From contig OZ024743.1 in assembly GCA_964016885.1 (NCBI GenBank), forward strand, positions 271,994,001-272,058,000: a stretch of 64,000 bases of DNA, in the 5' to 3' direction. How positions within the stretch are numbered: position 1 is the stretch's first letter; every line of letters begins with the position of its first letter. Made by a program: the position numbers and the translations under genes. The stretch is from Eledone cirrhosa. Its lineage: Eukaryota. The notes under the pieces were generated by a model. That model saw nothing but the letters and a program-made list of their open reading frames with translations, was not told where the DNA came from and did no database searches. Of the stretch, positions 11,900 through 24,910 are shown one piece after another.

Positions 11900-13866
11900 C
11901 TGTGTGGGAGGGATATAATGGTGTAATGTGTGGGGGGTATGATGGTGTAATGTGTGTGTGGGGTATGATGGTGTAATGTGTGTGTGGGGTATGATGGTGT
12001 AATGTGTGTGTGGGGTATGATGGTGTGATGTGTGTGTGAAGGGTGATGGTGTAATATGTGTGTGAGGGGTGATGGTGTAATGTGTGTGTGAGGGGTGATG
12101 GTGTAATGTGTGTGTGAGGGGTGATGGTGTAATGTGTGTGTGAGGGGTGATGGTGTAATGTGTGTGTGAGGGGTGATGGTGTGATGTGTGTGTGAGGGGT
12201 GATGGTGTAATGTGTGTGTGAGGGGTGATGGTGTAATGTGTGTGTGAGGGGTGATGGTGTGATGTGTATGTGAGGGGTGATGGTGTGATGTGTGTGAGGG
12301 GTGATGGTGTAATGTGTGTGTGAGGGGTGATGGTGTGATGTGTGTGTGAGGGGTGATGGTGTGATGTGTGTGTGAGGGGTGATGGTGTGATGTGTGTATG
12401 AGGGGTGATGGTGTGATGTGTGTGTGAGGGGTGATGGTGTGATGTGTGTGTGAGGGGTGATGGTGTGATGTGTGTGTGAAGGGTGATGGTGTAATGTGTG
12501 TGTGAGGGGTGATGGTGTGATGTGTGTGTGAGGGGTGATGGTGTGATGTGTGTGTGAGGGGTGATGGTGTAATGTGTGTGTGAGGGGTGATGGTGTGATG
12601 TGTGTGTGAGGGGTGATGGTGTAACGTGTGTGTGAGGGGTGATGGTGTAATGTGTGTGTGAGGGGTGATGGTGTGATGTGTGTGAGGGGTGATGGTGTAA
12701 TGTGTGTGTGAGGGGTGATGGTGTGATGTGTGTGTGAGGTGTGATGTGTGTGTGAGGGGTGATGGTGTGATGTGTGTGTGAGGGGTGATGGTGTGATGTG
12801 TGTGTGAAGGGTGATGGTGTAATGTGTGTGTGAGGGGTGATGGTGTGATGTGTGTGTGAGGGGTGATGGTGTAATGTGTGTGTGAGGGGTGATGGTGTAA
12901 TGTGTGTGTGAGGGGTGATGGTGTGATGTGTGTGTGAGGGGTGATGGTGTGATGTGTGTGAGGGGTGATGGTGTAATGTGTGTGTGAGGGGTGATGGTGT
13001 AATGTGTGTGTGAGGGGTGATGGTGTAATGTGTGTGTGAGGGGTGATGGTGTAATGTGTGTGTGTGAGGGGTCATGGTGTAATGTGTGTGTGAGGGGTGA
13101 TGGTGTGATGTGTGTGTGAGGGGTGATGGTGTGATGTGTGTGAGGGGTGATGGTGTGATGTGTGTGAGGGGTGATGGTGTGATGTGTGTGAGGGGTTATG
13201 GTGTGATGTGTGTGTGAGGGGTGATGGTGTAATGTGTGTGTGAGGGGTGATGGTGTAATGTGTGTGTGAGGGGTCATGGTGTAATGTGTGTGTGAGGGGT
13301 GATGGTGTAATGTGTGTGAGGGGTGATGGTGTAATGTGTGTGTGTGAGGGGTGATGGTGTAATGTGTGTGTGAGGGGTCATGGTGTAATGTGTGTGTGAG
13401 GGGTGATGGTGTGATGTGTGTGAGGGGTGATGGTGTGATGTGTGTGTGAGGGGTGATGGTGTGATGTGTGTGTGAGGGGTGTGATGTGTGTGTGAGGGGT
13501 GATGGTGTGATGTGTGTGTGAGGGGTGATGATGTGATGTGTGTGTGAGGGGTGATGGTGTAATGTGTGTGTGAGGGGTGATGGTGTAATGTGTGTGTGAG
13601 GGGTGATGGTGTGATGTGTGTGAGGGGTGATGGTGTAATGTGTGTGTGAGGGGTGATGGTGTGATGTGTGTGTGAGGTGTGATGTGATGTGTGTGTGAGG
13701 GGTGATGGTGTGATGTGTGTGTGAGGGGTGATGGTGTAATGTGTGTGTGAGGGGTGATGGTGTAATGTGTGTGTGAGGGGTGATGGTGTGATGTGTGTGT
13801 GTGTGTGAGGGGTGATGGTGCGATGTGTGTGTGAGGGGTGATGGTGTGATGTGTGTGTGAGGGGGT
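11900..13866. repeat. 26-bp G/T-rich minisatellite (GAGGGGTGATGGTGT[A/G]ATGTGTGTGT), roughly 75 copies
   Basis: Direct reading; unit varies 24-28 bp through TG slippage. Confidence 0.97.
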
Positions 13867-14221
13867 AAAACAAACAGAATTAGGTCAATAGAAAATAAAT
13901 CGCTTTGCTATGTACTATTGGGTATTGAACCAAAACTGACACATACATACATTCTACGTAACATGCCACACACACACTTATATCAGCACATAAACGTATA
14001 CACAAAATACATACACCTAAATCAATCAGCATGTAGATACTCATATATACACTCATATACATACATAAATATTACAACCATTTCACTACATAGATACATA
14101 CACTAATTCACATACATACACAAACAACCATTTCATCACATAGATACATACACTCATATATAAATACAACCATTTCATCACATAGATACATACACTCATA
14201 TAACGCAACCATATTAGCATA

Positions 14222-14266
<45 letters not shown>

Positions 14267-14829
14267 TCAGCAACATACAACACAAACATCCATATCATGT
14301 GACATGATCACAGCTTTTTTTTTTTAAATCCATAGTGAGACTCATGGATGTTTATTATACATAAACATATACTTTCTTTCATATACAACCATATGATGAA
14401 AAACACTTAATGCAACCTAATTAACTACATTTTTAGTTTTACAATATACATATGGCCACACCTTGAAAATTATGCAATCTTTATCAACACAAGGGGATTT
14501 TCTTAAAAGGTTAAGTCCTACTGAGTAGAGATATGATTGATCTGCCCAGTTTTTCAATGTCCTTGATTCTAGGTTTCCTTTTGTTTAAAGCTTTTCTAAT
14601 TCTATATACTAGTTTACCTTAGTGAGATTTGAACACAGAACATAAATACTGACACATATTCACAGACACACTAACAGCTCTGTCGATTAAATGCAGGTCA
14701 AATTTGCAATAAACCAGTCAAATAGAATGGTAACATTTTAAATGTCAGCACAGCAGTAATTAATTGTCTAGTGACAATTAACAACAAAAATATGTACTTG
14801 GATATCATATAATTACTAAATGGAAGATC

Positions 14830-15235
14830 AGTGTTTTGCCATGATACATGGGTGGGGTATCAGTGCGTCTTGCTGTGATATCAGTTTGTCTTACTGTGAT
14901 AAGTGGGAGTGGTCAGTCTGGGTTGCCATGATAGGTGGGTGGGGGGACCATTCTGTCATACATTGATGGGTGGGGGGTATCAATCTGTCTTGCAGTGATG
15001 GGTGGGGGGATCAGTCTGTCTTGCAGTGATGGGTGGGGGGACCAGTCTGTCTTGCAGTGATGGGTGGGGGGATCAGTCTGTCTTGCAGTGATGGGTGGGG
15101 GGATCAGTCTGTCTTGCAGTGATGGGTGGTGGGGATCAGTTTGTCTTGCAGTGATGGGTGAGTGGAGGATCAATCTGTCTTGTAATGATGGGTGGGGGGA
15201 TCAGTGTATCTTGCAGGGATGGTTGGAGATCAATT
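14830..15235. repeat. 31-bp minisatellite (TCAGTCTGTCTTGCAGTGATGGGTGGGGGGA)
   Basis: About 12 units, purest at 14980-15125. Confidence 0.9.
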
Positions 15236-15338
15236 GTTACTTGGAAAATTTCAAATAATTTTATTTTTTTCTATGAACAAATTTTTTATCTATTTTGTGT
15301 ATGTGTGTGACATCCAAATGAGTATCCTCCACTTCCAG

Positions 15339-15506
15339 GATGGAGAATACATTGCTCTAGAAATTGACAAGGGAGATGTGCTGGAACAGCCACTCCTCTT
15401 TACGAGGCTTGCACCTGCAGGCAGCTACCTCTGCTCCAATAACACTGAGGAGGGTGTGGTCTCCACTGCAACAGGCTCAACCACAAACCTATCAGAGAGC
15501 AGTTGA
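15339..15506 (+). CDS. Possible terminal coding exon (DGEYIALEIDKGDVLEQPLLFTRLAPAGSYLCSNNTEEGVVSTATGSTTNLSESS*), unknown product
   Basis: Acceptor-like 'cctccacttccAG' ending at 15338, open frame to TGA, GC above flanks; no partner exons or family recognised. Confidence 0.25.
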   Translation, partial: DGEYIALEIDKGDVLEQPLLFTRLAPAGSYLCSNNTEEGVVSTATGSTTNLSESS

Positions 15507-16139
15507 TCCCTCTTCGGCCTGGCTGGCAGTAGAGCCTGGGCTGGTAGCCTGGGCTAGGAGCCTGAGCCTGGGCTGGTAGTTTTTATTTGGAGTTACTGCC
15601 CCTACCTCCCCAGATGGAACCGGGCACTGTATTATGTTTGTACATTCTAGCTTTGGCATGATTTCTATGGCTGGATGCTCTTCCTAATTCCGACCACTTT
15701 ATAGAGTGCACTGGATGCATTTTATCATGGCACCAAACCAGAGGGGTTATTATGTCCTCAACAAAACCAAACAGTTCTCTCTATGCTACACAGTCAATAT
15801 TGAGAAATTATAGAAATGAAAAGTAGTAGAAGCTTTCTGGTTCAAATGTTTCTGTGTGAAAACTGCCATGGGATACACCTGCAACTCAAATAAGTAAACA
15901 CAGAAACCTGTACATGATCAACTACATCAATTATGTGTACAGAAACCAAACCAAACCTTTGATGTGTATCAGAAAATCACATAGACAATTATGTTAAGAT
16001 GAGCCAACAGACATGAACCTTAAATCTACTGTATACAAATACTTACTGGATTAAACTATAAATGGTGTTCCTATATACATTTTTAGATCAGGTATTTAGA
16101 TGTATAAACATGTCACATTTATGTATCTATATTCAGTCA

Positions 16140-16645
16140 AGTGGTTGTGATGGAGACACAGCAAAATGCACCCAGCTCACATGGTAAAATGGTTGTGTAG
16201 GTGTCACGGCAAAAAGCACCAAGTCCACACTGTAAATTGGTCATATTCAGCAAAAAGCGCCCAGCCCACACTGTAAAGTGGTCATGTAGGTATCATTACA
16301 AAAAGTACCCAGCCCACACTGTAAAGTGGCCATGTAGGAGTCACAACAAAAAGCAGCCAGTACTCACTGTAAATGAGGTTGGCTTAGTGGTTATAGAGTT
16401 GTATTACACAATCGTAGGGTTGTGAGTTCAATTCCTAGGCCAGGAGATATGTTGTGTCCTTCAGCAAGACACTTTATATCACATTGCTTTAGTTCATTAA
16501 GCTGTAAAAATGTGTTATGACATCTAGGGTAACAAACTGCATCAGGCCTTACCTTTCCTTTGGATGATATCTGCGGCATGGAGAGAGGAGACTGGCATGC
16601 ATGAGCGACTGCCAGTCTTCCACTAAAAAAACCTTGCTCAGGCAT
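16140..16645 (+). mobile_element. RTE 3'UTR repeat units followed by a tRNA-derived SINE (V/CORE-like body)
   Basis: About 5 'ccacactgtaaagtgg' units, then 'tggcttagtggttatag..gagttcaattcc..gtgtccttcagcaagacacttta'. Confidence 0.65.
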
Positions 16646-16815
16646 ATATATATATGTATGTATATGTTAGTTAGGTGTGTACATATGCTGCAACACTGAC
16701 TTCGATCTTACTTAATCTATGTACATATATGTGTGTGTGTTTGTGTGTATATATATATATATTTATATATATATATATATATATATAATATGTGTGTATG
16801 TATATGTATGTGCAT

Positions 16816-16867
<52 letters not shown>

Positions 16868-17029
16868 TACAGACACACACACTACATTATACATAATGTT
16901 ATTCTGATACGTGGGAAAATTGATGTAGCAAATACAGAGATCATTCTATTATAAAGTTTCTCTGTTCTTCTATTGGCTGACCAACTTGTAACAATATGGT
17001 AGACATCTCTACAAATAGAACTCAGTTCA

Positions 17030-17570
17030 CATATATACACATATAAACATGCACACACATTTATATATATAAATATGCATACACATCCATATATACACAT
17101 ACACACATCCATATATACACATACACACATCCATATATATACATACACACATCCATATATATACATACACACATCCATATATATACATACACACATCCAT
17201 ATATATACATACACACATCCATATATACACACACACACATCCATATATACACACACACACACATCCATATACACACACACATCCATATATACACACACAC
17301 ATCCATATACACACACACATCCATATATACACACACACACATCCATATATATACACACACATCCATATATATACACACACATCCATATATATACACACAT
17401 ATATATATAAACATGCACACGTCTCTCTATCTCTATATATATATATATATATACACACATTCATATATATATATATATACACACACACACATATGCAAAT
17501 ATATAAACACACACAAACAAAATACATACACGCATCTATATATATATATACATACACACAAATACACATT
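17030..17570. repeat. Microsatellite-derived minisatellite (ACACACATCCATATATAT variants)
   Basis: Direct reading. Confidence 0.9.
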
Positions 17571-17774
17571 CAAACACAACCAACTTGGCAATCTCAATAT
17601 ATCTTCGATTTTGTATCCTTCTCCTCACTTTCTCTTACAGTAGATATCTCCCTTATACTCTAATCTCTTCCTCCTTTTCTCCTCTTCTTCACACCTCCTC
17701 CTATCACTACCACCATCTCTCACCAAACTCATTCATCTTAGTCTTTAGAGAAATTGTAGGTTTGTTTGTACACC

Positions 17775-18016
17775 AAGAAGTTGGTGGTGGTGTTGGTAAT
17801 GGTGATGGGTGTTGTGGTAGTGGTTATAGTGATGGTTGTGGTTTGGTTTTGCTTGTAGTATTGGTGGAGGTGTTGATGGGGATAGTGATGGTGGTTGTAA
17901 TAATGGTGCTGGTTGTGGTGGTGGTAGTGGTTGTGATGATGATAGTAGTGATGGTAGAGATTATGGTGGTTGTGATGGTGGTGGTAGTGGTTGTATTAGT
18001 GGTGATGTTATGGTGG
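17775..18016. repeat. Degenerate (GGT/GAT)n low-complexity tract; similar tracts at 30610-30740 and 36098-36415
   Basis: Direct reading. Confidence 0.85.
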
Positions 18017-19087
18017 AAAGAAAGGGGAGACAGAATATAATAAATACAGATAGGAAAAAAGAAAAAAAAAAGGAAAAAAAGAAAAAAAAGAAGACAGGAA
18101 GGAAAGAATTAAAGAAAGGTATCAAAAATAAACCGGCACACTGGCAATTAATGATTCCCACCACAAGAGACTCTTCTTGGAATGACAATATCAATAAGTT
18201 ATCTAGAATTTCTGTAGTAAACTTACAGAGACAGCACTAAAACAAGACATTTGGCTCATGGCCAAAAAATGATTCACCGATTACAATCTTTACTGCAACA
18301 ATGAAATATATAGCAGCAACTCTAGGAAAAGAGAAAATCAAAACCTTTCGTGTGATATATTTATTTCTATACATATATCTTCTTATTCACCCTCTTATTC
18401 CTGAGAGGTTCATGGAAGCAGACTCCTCAGACACATCTTTTAGAGGGTCCTATTAAAAGCAACCATCCCCAAACAAGACCAACTAAGGTTATGGATGTTA
18501 TCCAATCATCAAGCGTGTCCTGTGAGTTTTTCCTTAGACATTCTAACAACATCATTATTATTATAGTTTTATTATTAACTTGTTTATAAAGGGTGGTGGA
18601 ATGGTAGTATCAGTAAAATGTGGACAAAATGCTTTACAACATTTGATTTGACTTTCTATGTTCTGAGTTCAAATCGCACTAAAGTCAACTTTGCCTTTCA
18701 TCCTTCTGGGATTGGTAAAATAAAATACCAGTTAAGAACTGGGGTTAATATAATTGACTTTCCAGATCCCCCAAATTGCTGGCCTTGGGCCAATGTTAAA
18801 AAGAATTATTAACCTGTTTGTATACATGTTTAGATGGAGGCAAGACATAGCTAAGTGATGTAAGAATTTCATTTCACAAGCATGTAGTTTCAGGGGTTTG
18901 GTCTCACAGCATGGCATCTAAGGCAAGAGTCTTCTACAATTGCCTTAGGTTGACCAGTGCCTTGTGAATGAAATTTGGTAGACAAACTGTTTGGAAGCAT
19001 GTCATATATATTCAGGTATCAAGCATTTTAAGACCATTTTCCCTGCTAAAGCATTGATTGGTTCTGGAGTCCCCTTGACAAACTTAA

Positions 19088-19295
19088 CCCTTTAGCATTT
19101 AAACCAGCCATATCCAGCCAGAATTCTCTCACCTCTTTCTGTTCAAACTGGTTATAGCTGGCCACTCATAGTGATGTTAAGGTATTGTTCTCAAAATAAA
19201 TAATATCAAAATTTCATAGATTCGATATTATGTGAGGTAAAGCCTTTACCATGAAAATACAATAGTAACTATAGAGTAATGTAAATGTTAAAAGG
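19088..19295 (+). mobile_element. piggyBac-type MITE family 1
   Basis: TTAA TSD on both sides; TIR CCCTTTAGCATTTA / TAAATGTTAAAAGG; four copies in the window. Confidence 0.85.
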
Positions 19296-19785
19296 TTAAT
19301 CATACACAACAAGGGGTTAAGCTCAGGCAAAATTGTATGACCCAGATGCCTTTCCTGTTGTCAACCCTTATAGTTGCCTCTTACAGCATGTAGAGATATC
19401 ATGGTGTACCTATTAGAGAGTGAGTGAGTGAGTGGTGTGTGGTGTGTGCAAGCGCACGTGCGTGTGTGTTTATGTTTATACTGCTCAACAAGTGATGTTA
19501 TTTGTTTTTGTCCTCTAACTTAGAAGTTTGATATCTATGAAATAAGAGACCAATGATATAAGTATTTACGTTGTTTGTTTGTATGCTCTGTAAGTTACTG
19601 GTTTGACAAACAGAAGTCAATCAAATAAGTACTGGGGTTAAAATAATTAACTAAAACCTTTGAAGGCAGTAAATTGACTAAATTAGTCAATTGACTAAAA
19701 CCTTTGAACTTCAGCATGGCAGCAGTCCAATGACTGAAACCAGTAAAAGAATAACTGAATATAATTATTTTACTTGGTTGCTGTA

Positions 19786-19825
<40 letters not shown>

Positions 19826-20198
19826 AAGAAAACTCTACAAAAATTTCTAAATTCAAAACAAAGAAATCCTATCCTATCTCCAGACTGCAACACTTTCATC
19901 CACTATTATTATCATCATCGTTTTCATGTTCATTTTTCCATGCTGGCATGAATTATATGGGATGGTTTTACAGACAGATGCCCCATCCGGATGCTAGCCT
20001 TTATGGCATGTAGGGACACAGTGTACTTATTCTAAAAACTGGAACACCCATGGCATATTATCCTCATAATAAAACCTTTGTATGTATATGTAAGAAAAAA
20101 AAAACAACGAAGTTTCATTTACATGTTTATGTTTTTATTGAGTATCACCCTGTTACGCGATTTTCGCAGATGATTGCCTCAAGGTCACTGGATTATTA

Positions 20199-20234
<36 letters not shown>

Positions 20235-20235
<1 letters not shown>

Positions 20236-20830
20236 GGGTCAGATGGGTCCCTCTCAGCATTTGTCCCTTTCCCTTGTCACCTCCTCTGCCAGTCTTAGCA
20301 ATTTGAGGTTAGCTCTCACAACCTCTGCCCAGATCTTTCTTGGTCGTCTTCTACTGCAGTTTCCTTCCACTGGGAATTCTTGGCATTTCTTCACCCATCG
20401 GACATTGTCCACGTTCATCACATGTCCATACCAACGCAAACTTCTTTCCTGCACACCATCTTGGATTCACCTTAAACCCAGCTTCTTCCTCAGCTCATCC
20501 AAACTGCCTTTCTCTCACATTTACATTGCACATCCAATGAAATATAGTTGCTTTATTTCTCTCCAGTCTAATCCTGTCCTCTGCATGTTTCACTACCATG
20601 CAGTATCACGCACTGCACACAGGCATTATACAGCCTTCCTTTTGAACATAGGGAAAAACCTTTTGTTGTCAGCAGTGGGAGTAATTCTATAAACTTCCTT
20701 ATTCCAGCTATCATACTCTGTGCACCCTCTTCTGCTGCTAATTAGGTTACCTAGATAGCAGAAGCTATCAACCATGACTATGGATCCTTCTTGTGACTGG
20801 AAAAGGTTTATATCATTAACACTCTTCCTC
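20235..20830 (-). mobile_element. RTE LINE fragment of a second subfamily
   Basis: QERSLRWYGHVM..VKKCQEFPVEGNCSRRRPRKIWAEVV, homologous to the RTE C-terminus. Confidence 0.85.
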
Positions 20831-20934
20831 TTCTAAATGGAAAGTTCTCCCTTCCTGTTAGTCTACTTGTTAACTCACTTCATCCTTTATGTACCCAAGC
20901 TTTACATTTTGTACATATATATTGTAGGCACTAT

Positions 20935-21260
20935 GGAGGCACATGGCTTAGTGGTTAGAGCATTGGCCTTGCAATCGAAAGGTTGTGAGTTCAATTCTCA
21001 GACCGTTTCCCTGAGCAAGACACTTTATTTCACATTGTTCCAGTTTACTCAGCTGTAGAAATGAGATGATAGGGACTGGCGTCCCTATCATTCCACCGCA
21101 AAGTGGACGTGTAGGTGCCACAGTAAAAAAAGCACCCAGCCCACACTGTAAATGGGGTTGGTGTTAGGAAGGGCATCCAGCTGTAGAAATCAAGCCAGAA
21201 TTAGTTCCCGTCCCACCCTTGCAAGCAGGGAAAAGCGGACATAAAATGATGATGATGATA
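20935..21260 (+). mobile_element. tRNA-derived SINE with V/CORE-like body and RTE-derived 3' tail
   Basis: Head 'tggcttagtggttagagc..gagttcaattc', body 'cctgagcaagacactttatttcacattg', tail 'gttggtgttaggaagggcatccagc..(GAT)n' matching RTE 3'UTR 52088-52248. Confidence 0.85.
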
Positions 21261-22550
21261 TTATTTCCCCAAATTACCTCATGTATGAAAAACACAAGGA
21301 AGTATAATATGGATAGGAGAATGATATAGTCTGATGTAGCTCAAAATATATACATTATGATAGAAAACTCTGGACATTGAAATACAGACTTATTTATGAA
21401 AAACACTAAGAGTGAGGTGTAATTTGGCTAGACCAAATTATACACCAGGGTATAAAACAAAATAGCACTCTTTAACCACAGGTATAGTTTGGTGGTTGTC
21501 TTAGTGACAGTGAAGGTACCAGTTTTTAGAATAGGTACATTGTATCCTTTCCTGTTGTGAGACACAGGTAAAAGAGTTGGCATTAGAAAGGGTATCTAAC
21601 TGTAAAACATCTCATCCAACAGTACATGCCAGCATGAATAAGATGGTGTAAAAGCAAAAATGAAGATGATGAAGTATCTATTGAAAATGAAAAAAAAGAT
21701 TCCTCACCAACTGAAAATACTCAAAGCTCATAAATATTTTTAATAGCTACTCTGTATCAATAAACTGAATTAAATAATTCACTTTCCCTTTCATGCACTA
21801 TTATGGCTAACATATATTTATTAACAAAATAAAATTTCTACCAGAATTAGATGTAATTATTAAGCTGGTGTTTGGAACATAAATTAACAAAAATTCTTAC
21901 ATAGAATTATGATGGATAAATATAAACACTTTAACCTTTTCAATCACCATATTTTTAAGGAAACCACGGCCTATGAGTTTCAAATAATTTTGAAAATAAT
22001 AAAAAAAACTGGGGTGGGGTGGTAGTAATGTAACTGGTTTATTATTAAACTGGGGTTTGAAACATAATAAAGGTTCTTACATAATATCATGATGAAAGAA
22101 TTTTAGATAAATATAAATACATTTAAATAAACAGTTTTGAATTGTAGAAACATACTTGTTTGGCATCAAAAATGTGAAAGCAAATAATAATTCAGCCATT
22201 TAAAAGTTGAAAAAAAAAAAAGAAAAAGAAAGTTAATGTCTTCTTGTTTTATTAGAAATTTTAGAAAAATTAAGTTTCAAAAATAGAATTATCTATATAA
22301 ATTTTCCATATTTTTGGTTCTGCATAAGATGTTAATTATTTGTTTAGTGTTTTTTTTCTTCTGGTTTCATTCAGACTGCAGTCATGCTGGAGCAGTGCCT
22401 TAAAGGGATTTAATGTTTTACTAGTTTCAGTCATTAAACTGCAGCCATGGTGGGGCATCAGCTTAAAGGGATTTAGTCAATCATATGATGAAGACCAGTA
22501 CATATTTATTTTAAATCTGGAAGATATTTCATTGATCTCTTGTTAAACCA

Positions 22551-22830
22551 GAGATTTCTGGTGTCCTTGGCCCTAGGATCACCTCCCTACTCACCACCAT
22601 TGGCACAGAGTTGGCAACCTGTAGGTGTGAGGCTCATGAGCTGGAATGGCTCTTCCAGCCTGTCTCCCATCCTCCAGAGTAACGCCTTCTCTATTCTGTC
22701 CACAAGGTCACAGGGCGGCCAGCATGTGGGCCTCCATTTGCTTATAATAGTGAGAGATGTGGAGAGCGGGAAAGACGGAGGCAGTGACAGTTGGAGCTTG
22801 GTTCCATTGTGTTCAGACCTGGTATATAGG
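22551..22830 (+). mobile_element. CRE-clade non-LTR retrotransposon 3' fragment (restriction-like endonuclease C-terminus)
   Basis: EISGVLGPRITSLLTTIGTELA..E.HELEWLFQPVS / ILQSNAFSILS resembles the CRE motif ET.G..GP....L..IG..L....E..WL.QR.S.A.QRGNA..IL. Confidence 0.6.
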
Positions 22831-23365
22831 TATATATTTATTTACCACACCACATATACAACTTTATTAGATACGTACAGCAATGAAGCAAATTACTGGA
22901 CATAACCACACACAGATGTAAATGTAAACAGACTTGAACAGACAGACAGACACACACACAACAGGCTTTTGCAGTTGCTGTCTACCAAATTTCACTTACA
23001 AGGCATTGATTATCTCAAGGCAATGAGAGTAAACCCAAAACACTGTGGCTGTGAAGCAAACTTAACAACACAGCCATGACTGCACCTATTAATAATTTCT
23101 TTTTCTTTATGTTATTTATAAATTCAAATTTAGAATGGCCAATTTTGATTCTAACTGGGTCTGCTTGAGCCCAGAAAAGCAGTAATTTTCAGATATTTTT
23201 GGTTAAGCTATATCAAACTAACTGTAAAGAATTTTTTGTGCATCTGTCACACACAACTACTACAACCTCACAAAAATGTTCTTAAATTTTTATTTAAAAT
23301 TCATGGAACACAAAAGTAAAACAAAAAGGAAGTGGGAAAATGTTCTAAATTACATTCATAATTAA

Positions 23366-23584
23366 CCCTTTAGCATTTACATTACTCTATATTTATTATT
23401 GTATTTTCACAGTAAAGGCTTTACCTCACAATTATCTCACATAATATCAAATCTATGAGATTTTGATGTTATTTATATTGAGAACAATACCTTATCATTG
23501 GTATGAGTGGCCAGTTAGGGCTGGTTTAAATAGACAGAGGTGAGAGAATTCTGGCCAGATATGGCTGGTTTAGGTGCTAAAGGA
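23366..23584 (-). mobile_element. piggyBac-type MITE family 1
   Basis: TTAA flanks; reverse complement of the 19088-19295 copy. Confidence 0.85.
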
Positions 23585-23587
23585 TTA

Positions 23588-24205
23588 AGCTGAGTCTCGT
23601 TCTTGATAACACAATGCTACTCTTATTTTTACTTATGTACCCCAAGTTGGACTTGCAGATAAACAGAAGGACCACTTCTATCGGTGTCTCCTACAGATTA
23701 TTGCAATAATGAATGACAGGGACTTTATCTTGACTGGCAACTTTAATGGATATGTTGGACAATACCAAGATGAAGGCTATGGATTCAGTGAGACATGAAG
23801 AGAAATCAAGACTCCTGGTATTCTGTTACACAAACTTTAGGAAACCAGCAAGTAACATGGTCACTTATTAATCAGGTGAACACACAAGTGTGTTTACCTG
23901 ATTGATAAGTAATCAAATAGTAGGCTGGTTTTGTGAAGTTTGAGTTACAGATTGTCAATTCATTTGACAATTTGTAAAATAACTTGGTAGGTGATCACTG
24001 AACAAATAATTACTAGGTGATCAGATGGCTGGCTGGTTTTCTGAAGTTTGTGTTGCAAATAGGTCGTTCATATCACAGAATTCCAGGAGCTTTTATTCCT
24101 CATTGTTTTTTGTACTGAACCCATATCCTCTAGGGATACTATAGAAGCCATCACTGATTTGCCCCACGTGTCCATTAAAATTGTCAACCATAATTATGAT
24201 GCCGT
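23588..24205. mobile_element. Scrambled RTE endonuclease fragments in alternating orientation
   Basis: Plus: YVPQVGL..GNFNGYVG..NFRKPASNMVTY; minus: equivalent DNFNGHVG..LEFCD..NTNFRKPASHLIT; fold-back centre at 23886-23887. Confidence 0.75.
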
Positions 24206-24406
24206 TATTCATTAAATATACATTTGAAATGGTGATGATGCTGTTGGTGATCAATATTGGTAACATTCTTTATACACACACACACACATATATATATATA
24301 TAAACACATATATATGCCATAGTTCATTGATCTCGGTGATAAAATACAATACTGATAATCAATTAACATCGATATCTCCCCCTCTCTCTCTCATATATAT
24401 ATATAT

Positions 24407-24910
24407 ATCATCATCGTCATCATTGTTTAACATCTATCTTCCACACTAGCATGGGTTAGAAGGGTTTGTCCCAATTAGGGGCAAGTTGGGTTGAGTGACC
24501 GTGTCGCTCATATAGGACAGTTTCTGGCTGGTTTTCTACAGTTGGATGCCCTTACTAGCGCCAACCACATTTACAGTGTGTGCTGGATGTTTTTCATCGG
24601 CCACTTATATATATATATAATGTCATGACAAAAAACACCCACCCCATACTGTAAAGTGGTCATGTAGGTGTTGTGACAAAATGCACCCAACCCACACTGT
24701 AAAGTGGTTGTGTAGGTGTGTCACAACAAAGAACACCCAACCAGCAAACACTGTAAATGTGGTTGGCATTAGGAAGGGCATCCAGTCATAGAAACCAAGC
24801 CAGAAACAGTTCTGTATGAGCAAGATATCGCCACCTAACCCAACTTGCATCAAACAAGACAACCTGTCTGACCCATGCTAGCAGGGAAAATAGACAAACG
24901 ATGATGATGA
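24407..24910. mobile_element. Two RTE-type 3' tail copies in inverted arrangement around a (TA)n
   Basis: Minus copy 24407-24600, plus copy 24622-24910, each ending in a GAT-repeat tail. Confidence 0.75.

Noticed and set aside
11304-13873. 657-, 396- and 199-aa His/Thr/Pro-rich ORFs
   Set aside because: Translations of the 26-bp minisatellite; open in several frames because the C-rich strand lacks stop codons
16671-17643. YI/CV/HT-rich ORFs (also at 6.1-6.5, 35.8-36.5, 45.3-45.6 and 61-62.6 kb)
   Set aside because: Microsatellite or low-complexity translations
20935-21005. tRNA gene
   Set aside because: A/B boxes belong to a SINE head; no complete cloverleaf, and it continues into SINE body and tail
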